A stretch of DNA of 64,000 nt from Vitrella brassicaformis CCMP3155. Lineage: Eukaryota; Protista; Chromerida. A program made the position numbers and the translations under genes. Below are positions 62,342-64,000 of the stretch, one piece after another (positions within the stretch are counted from its first letter, which is position 1; each line of letters begins with the position of its first letter). The stretch spans positions 57,887 through 121,886 of the forward strand of contig CDMY01000322.1 of the NCBI GenBank assembly GCA_001179505.1. The letters run 5' to 3'. The notes under the pieces are model-generated. The model worked only from the letters and a program-made list of their open reading frames with translations. It made no database searches and was not told the origin of the DNA.

Positions 62342-63374
62342 GTGCAGATCTGCGAGGAGCTCTATCAGGTGAAGCAAATGCACGACCGAAGAAGAAAGCC
62401 GGTCCACCCATTCGCCGATGTGCGCTTGTTGGTGTGTGTGTTCTTCCGCAGCCTCCTGTCAGATTTGGTCTTGCTTTCGCCTCTCGCCGGCCGCCGCATT
62501 CCGCTCGTCATCAGGTCGTGCATCAGCTCGTCATACCGTTGCTGTGCGTCGGCTGCTTGTGCGCGGCAGCTCGTTGTCAATGGCTACGGGGTCTACACGC
62601 TGCCGAAGCACTACACCATCCCTCAAGATGACTGCCCCATCTGCTGCGAACCGTTCGCTGGCAAGACGAACCTCGTGCGCCTGAAATGCAATCACTATGC
62701 CTGCTTTGAGGTGAGGAAATGCGCGACTGAGCCATCCCTGGCTGCCTCCCTGCATGGCTGCATAGCTGGTTGCATTGCAGTGCCTGAAGGACGCCGCAAA
62801 GCAGGAGATGCGCGGCACCATGCGGTCTTCGCCACCTGACGGGAACTTTCCGTGTCCTGTCTGCCGCCAAGTAATGAGTGAGTGGACGGCCAGGCTAACT
62901 GGTTTTGGTGTGCATCTGTCTGTGTGTGTGCAGAAGTGCGATCTGTTTGAGCGGATTCAGAAGCCCACAGCAGCCTCGGCCACACTCAGCCCGGAGCCTC
63001 TGGGAAGCCCGCTCCGCAGTGTGAGCGTCGAGGAGGTGGACGGCACTGTCGCCACCGGGCTCGCTAGCTACTACACCACGCCAGCATTCGTCGGCTTCGG
63101 ATCCTGTATTGACAACCTCGACACCCTCGAAGAGCTGCAGGGGCATCAGACCATCTTCCAGTTTACGCTTTTCGCGGCTCGCCAGGAGCTGGAAAAGGCC
63201 TGGAAGCGCGTGGCCACCGTCCACAAGACACCCGAGGCGATAGCAGAGGCATTCAAGTGGGACAGAGACGCGGAGGACGCGCGAGCGGTTCTGCGCCACG
63301 CCGACGACCGGATCACCGCTTCTCAGAAGTCCATCTCGCGCGTGACACGCCAACAGATCGGGTGGGTGGGATGA
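62342..63374 (+). CDS. RING-HC (C3HC4) finger protein, putative E3 ligase; 5' end uncertain
   Basis: CPIC-x14-CNHYACFE|CLK...CPVC across GT-AG introns. The C-terminal exon ends QQIGWVG*. Confidence 0.75.
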
Positions 63375-63644
63375 CTCAGGAACAGGACAGTGTGGCAGTG
63401 AGTCAGTGAGTGAATGTCCTGTTGGTCTGTACGTGTGTGTCAGGTCTGGTGTGTCGTTTGGCGTCTAGAGTGACGTGTGGCTGTGTGGGTGTGGTCCCTC
63501 GGGACTTCCAATCGTCAGGCCCGGTCACGGGGGCAACAAGAGTGACGTCACACGGTGAGTGGGGGAGAGGGCGTCACATACGAGAGGAAAGGCGTCGTGT
63601 GTTCACCTGTCTGTCGGTCTGTCTGTCTGTCTCTGTTGTATGTG

Positions 63645-64000
63645 TGCAGCTATCGAGTGGCCTCGTCTGTCGGGGGCATTGAGCTCTCTCTGCGTGCCGA
63701 GAACCTCCGCCTTACTGCTAGCAGCTGATCAGCCAAATGGCTACACTTTTTCAGCTCTGAGCGACTGACTGACTGGCTGGTTTTTTTCTGCGTTGTTCTG
63801 GGCGGCTTTCAGTGTCGAGGGCGTCTGTGTGTGTGACACACTTACCCAGGGGGCTGACCTGTGTGTGTGTGTATCATGTGAGTGAGACGCAGGTATGATG
63901 GCGACCAATCGTGCCCTCCCCTGGTACTTGGCTGTCTCTCTGCGTGCTCTCGGTACCTATCCCTTCCTCGCGTCGTGCGTATGCGCGTGTGTCGAGGACG
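63645..64000. repeat. Segment Y, copy 2 (runs off the window end)
   Basis: Matches 49574-49929. Confidence 0.92.

Noticed and set aside
1-64000. Hundreds of overlapping ORFs rich in CVCV/THTH/RQTD
   Set aside because: Translations of intronic microsatellites and antisense frames in GC-rich DNA.

Overview
Intron-rich, GC-rich eukaryotic genomic DNA. The short GT-AG introns packed with (GT)n/(AC)n/(GTCT)n, the HT1/GT1-like hexose transporter and the bipartite plastid-type leaders suggest a chromerid alveolate, most likely Vitrella brassicaformis (inference, not searched). The left half (0.4-28 kb) holds single-copy genes, mostly in head-to-head pairs: a PH-PH-Sec6-like-PH protein, a DHRS1-like SDR, a GH99 endomannosidase, an LMW-PTP, a lineage-specific hypothetical, a hexose transporter and a large hypothetical. 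A 5'-truncated CRE-like non-LTR retroelement also sits there. The right half (28.7-64 kb) is a rearranged, duplicated accessory region. It has at least five copies of a BTB-BTB-TLDc-TLDc gene with a near-constant BTB part and hypervariable, patchwork TLDc domains. It also has a diverged BTB-BTB-TLDc relative, a TIR element with a perfect 8-bp TSD, a MITE-like array of palindromes, an ankyrin gene, an EEP, a GT90, an inverted pair of lineage-specific genes, an intron-containing tRNA-Met and a RING-HC gene. There is evidence for a collapsed ~14-kb tandem duplication. All five N-gaps are exactly 300 nt (placeholders). CDS coordinates are spans from inferred start to stop including introns; exon joins and family assignments were made by eye from motifs.
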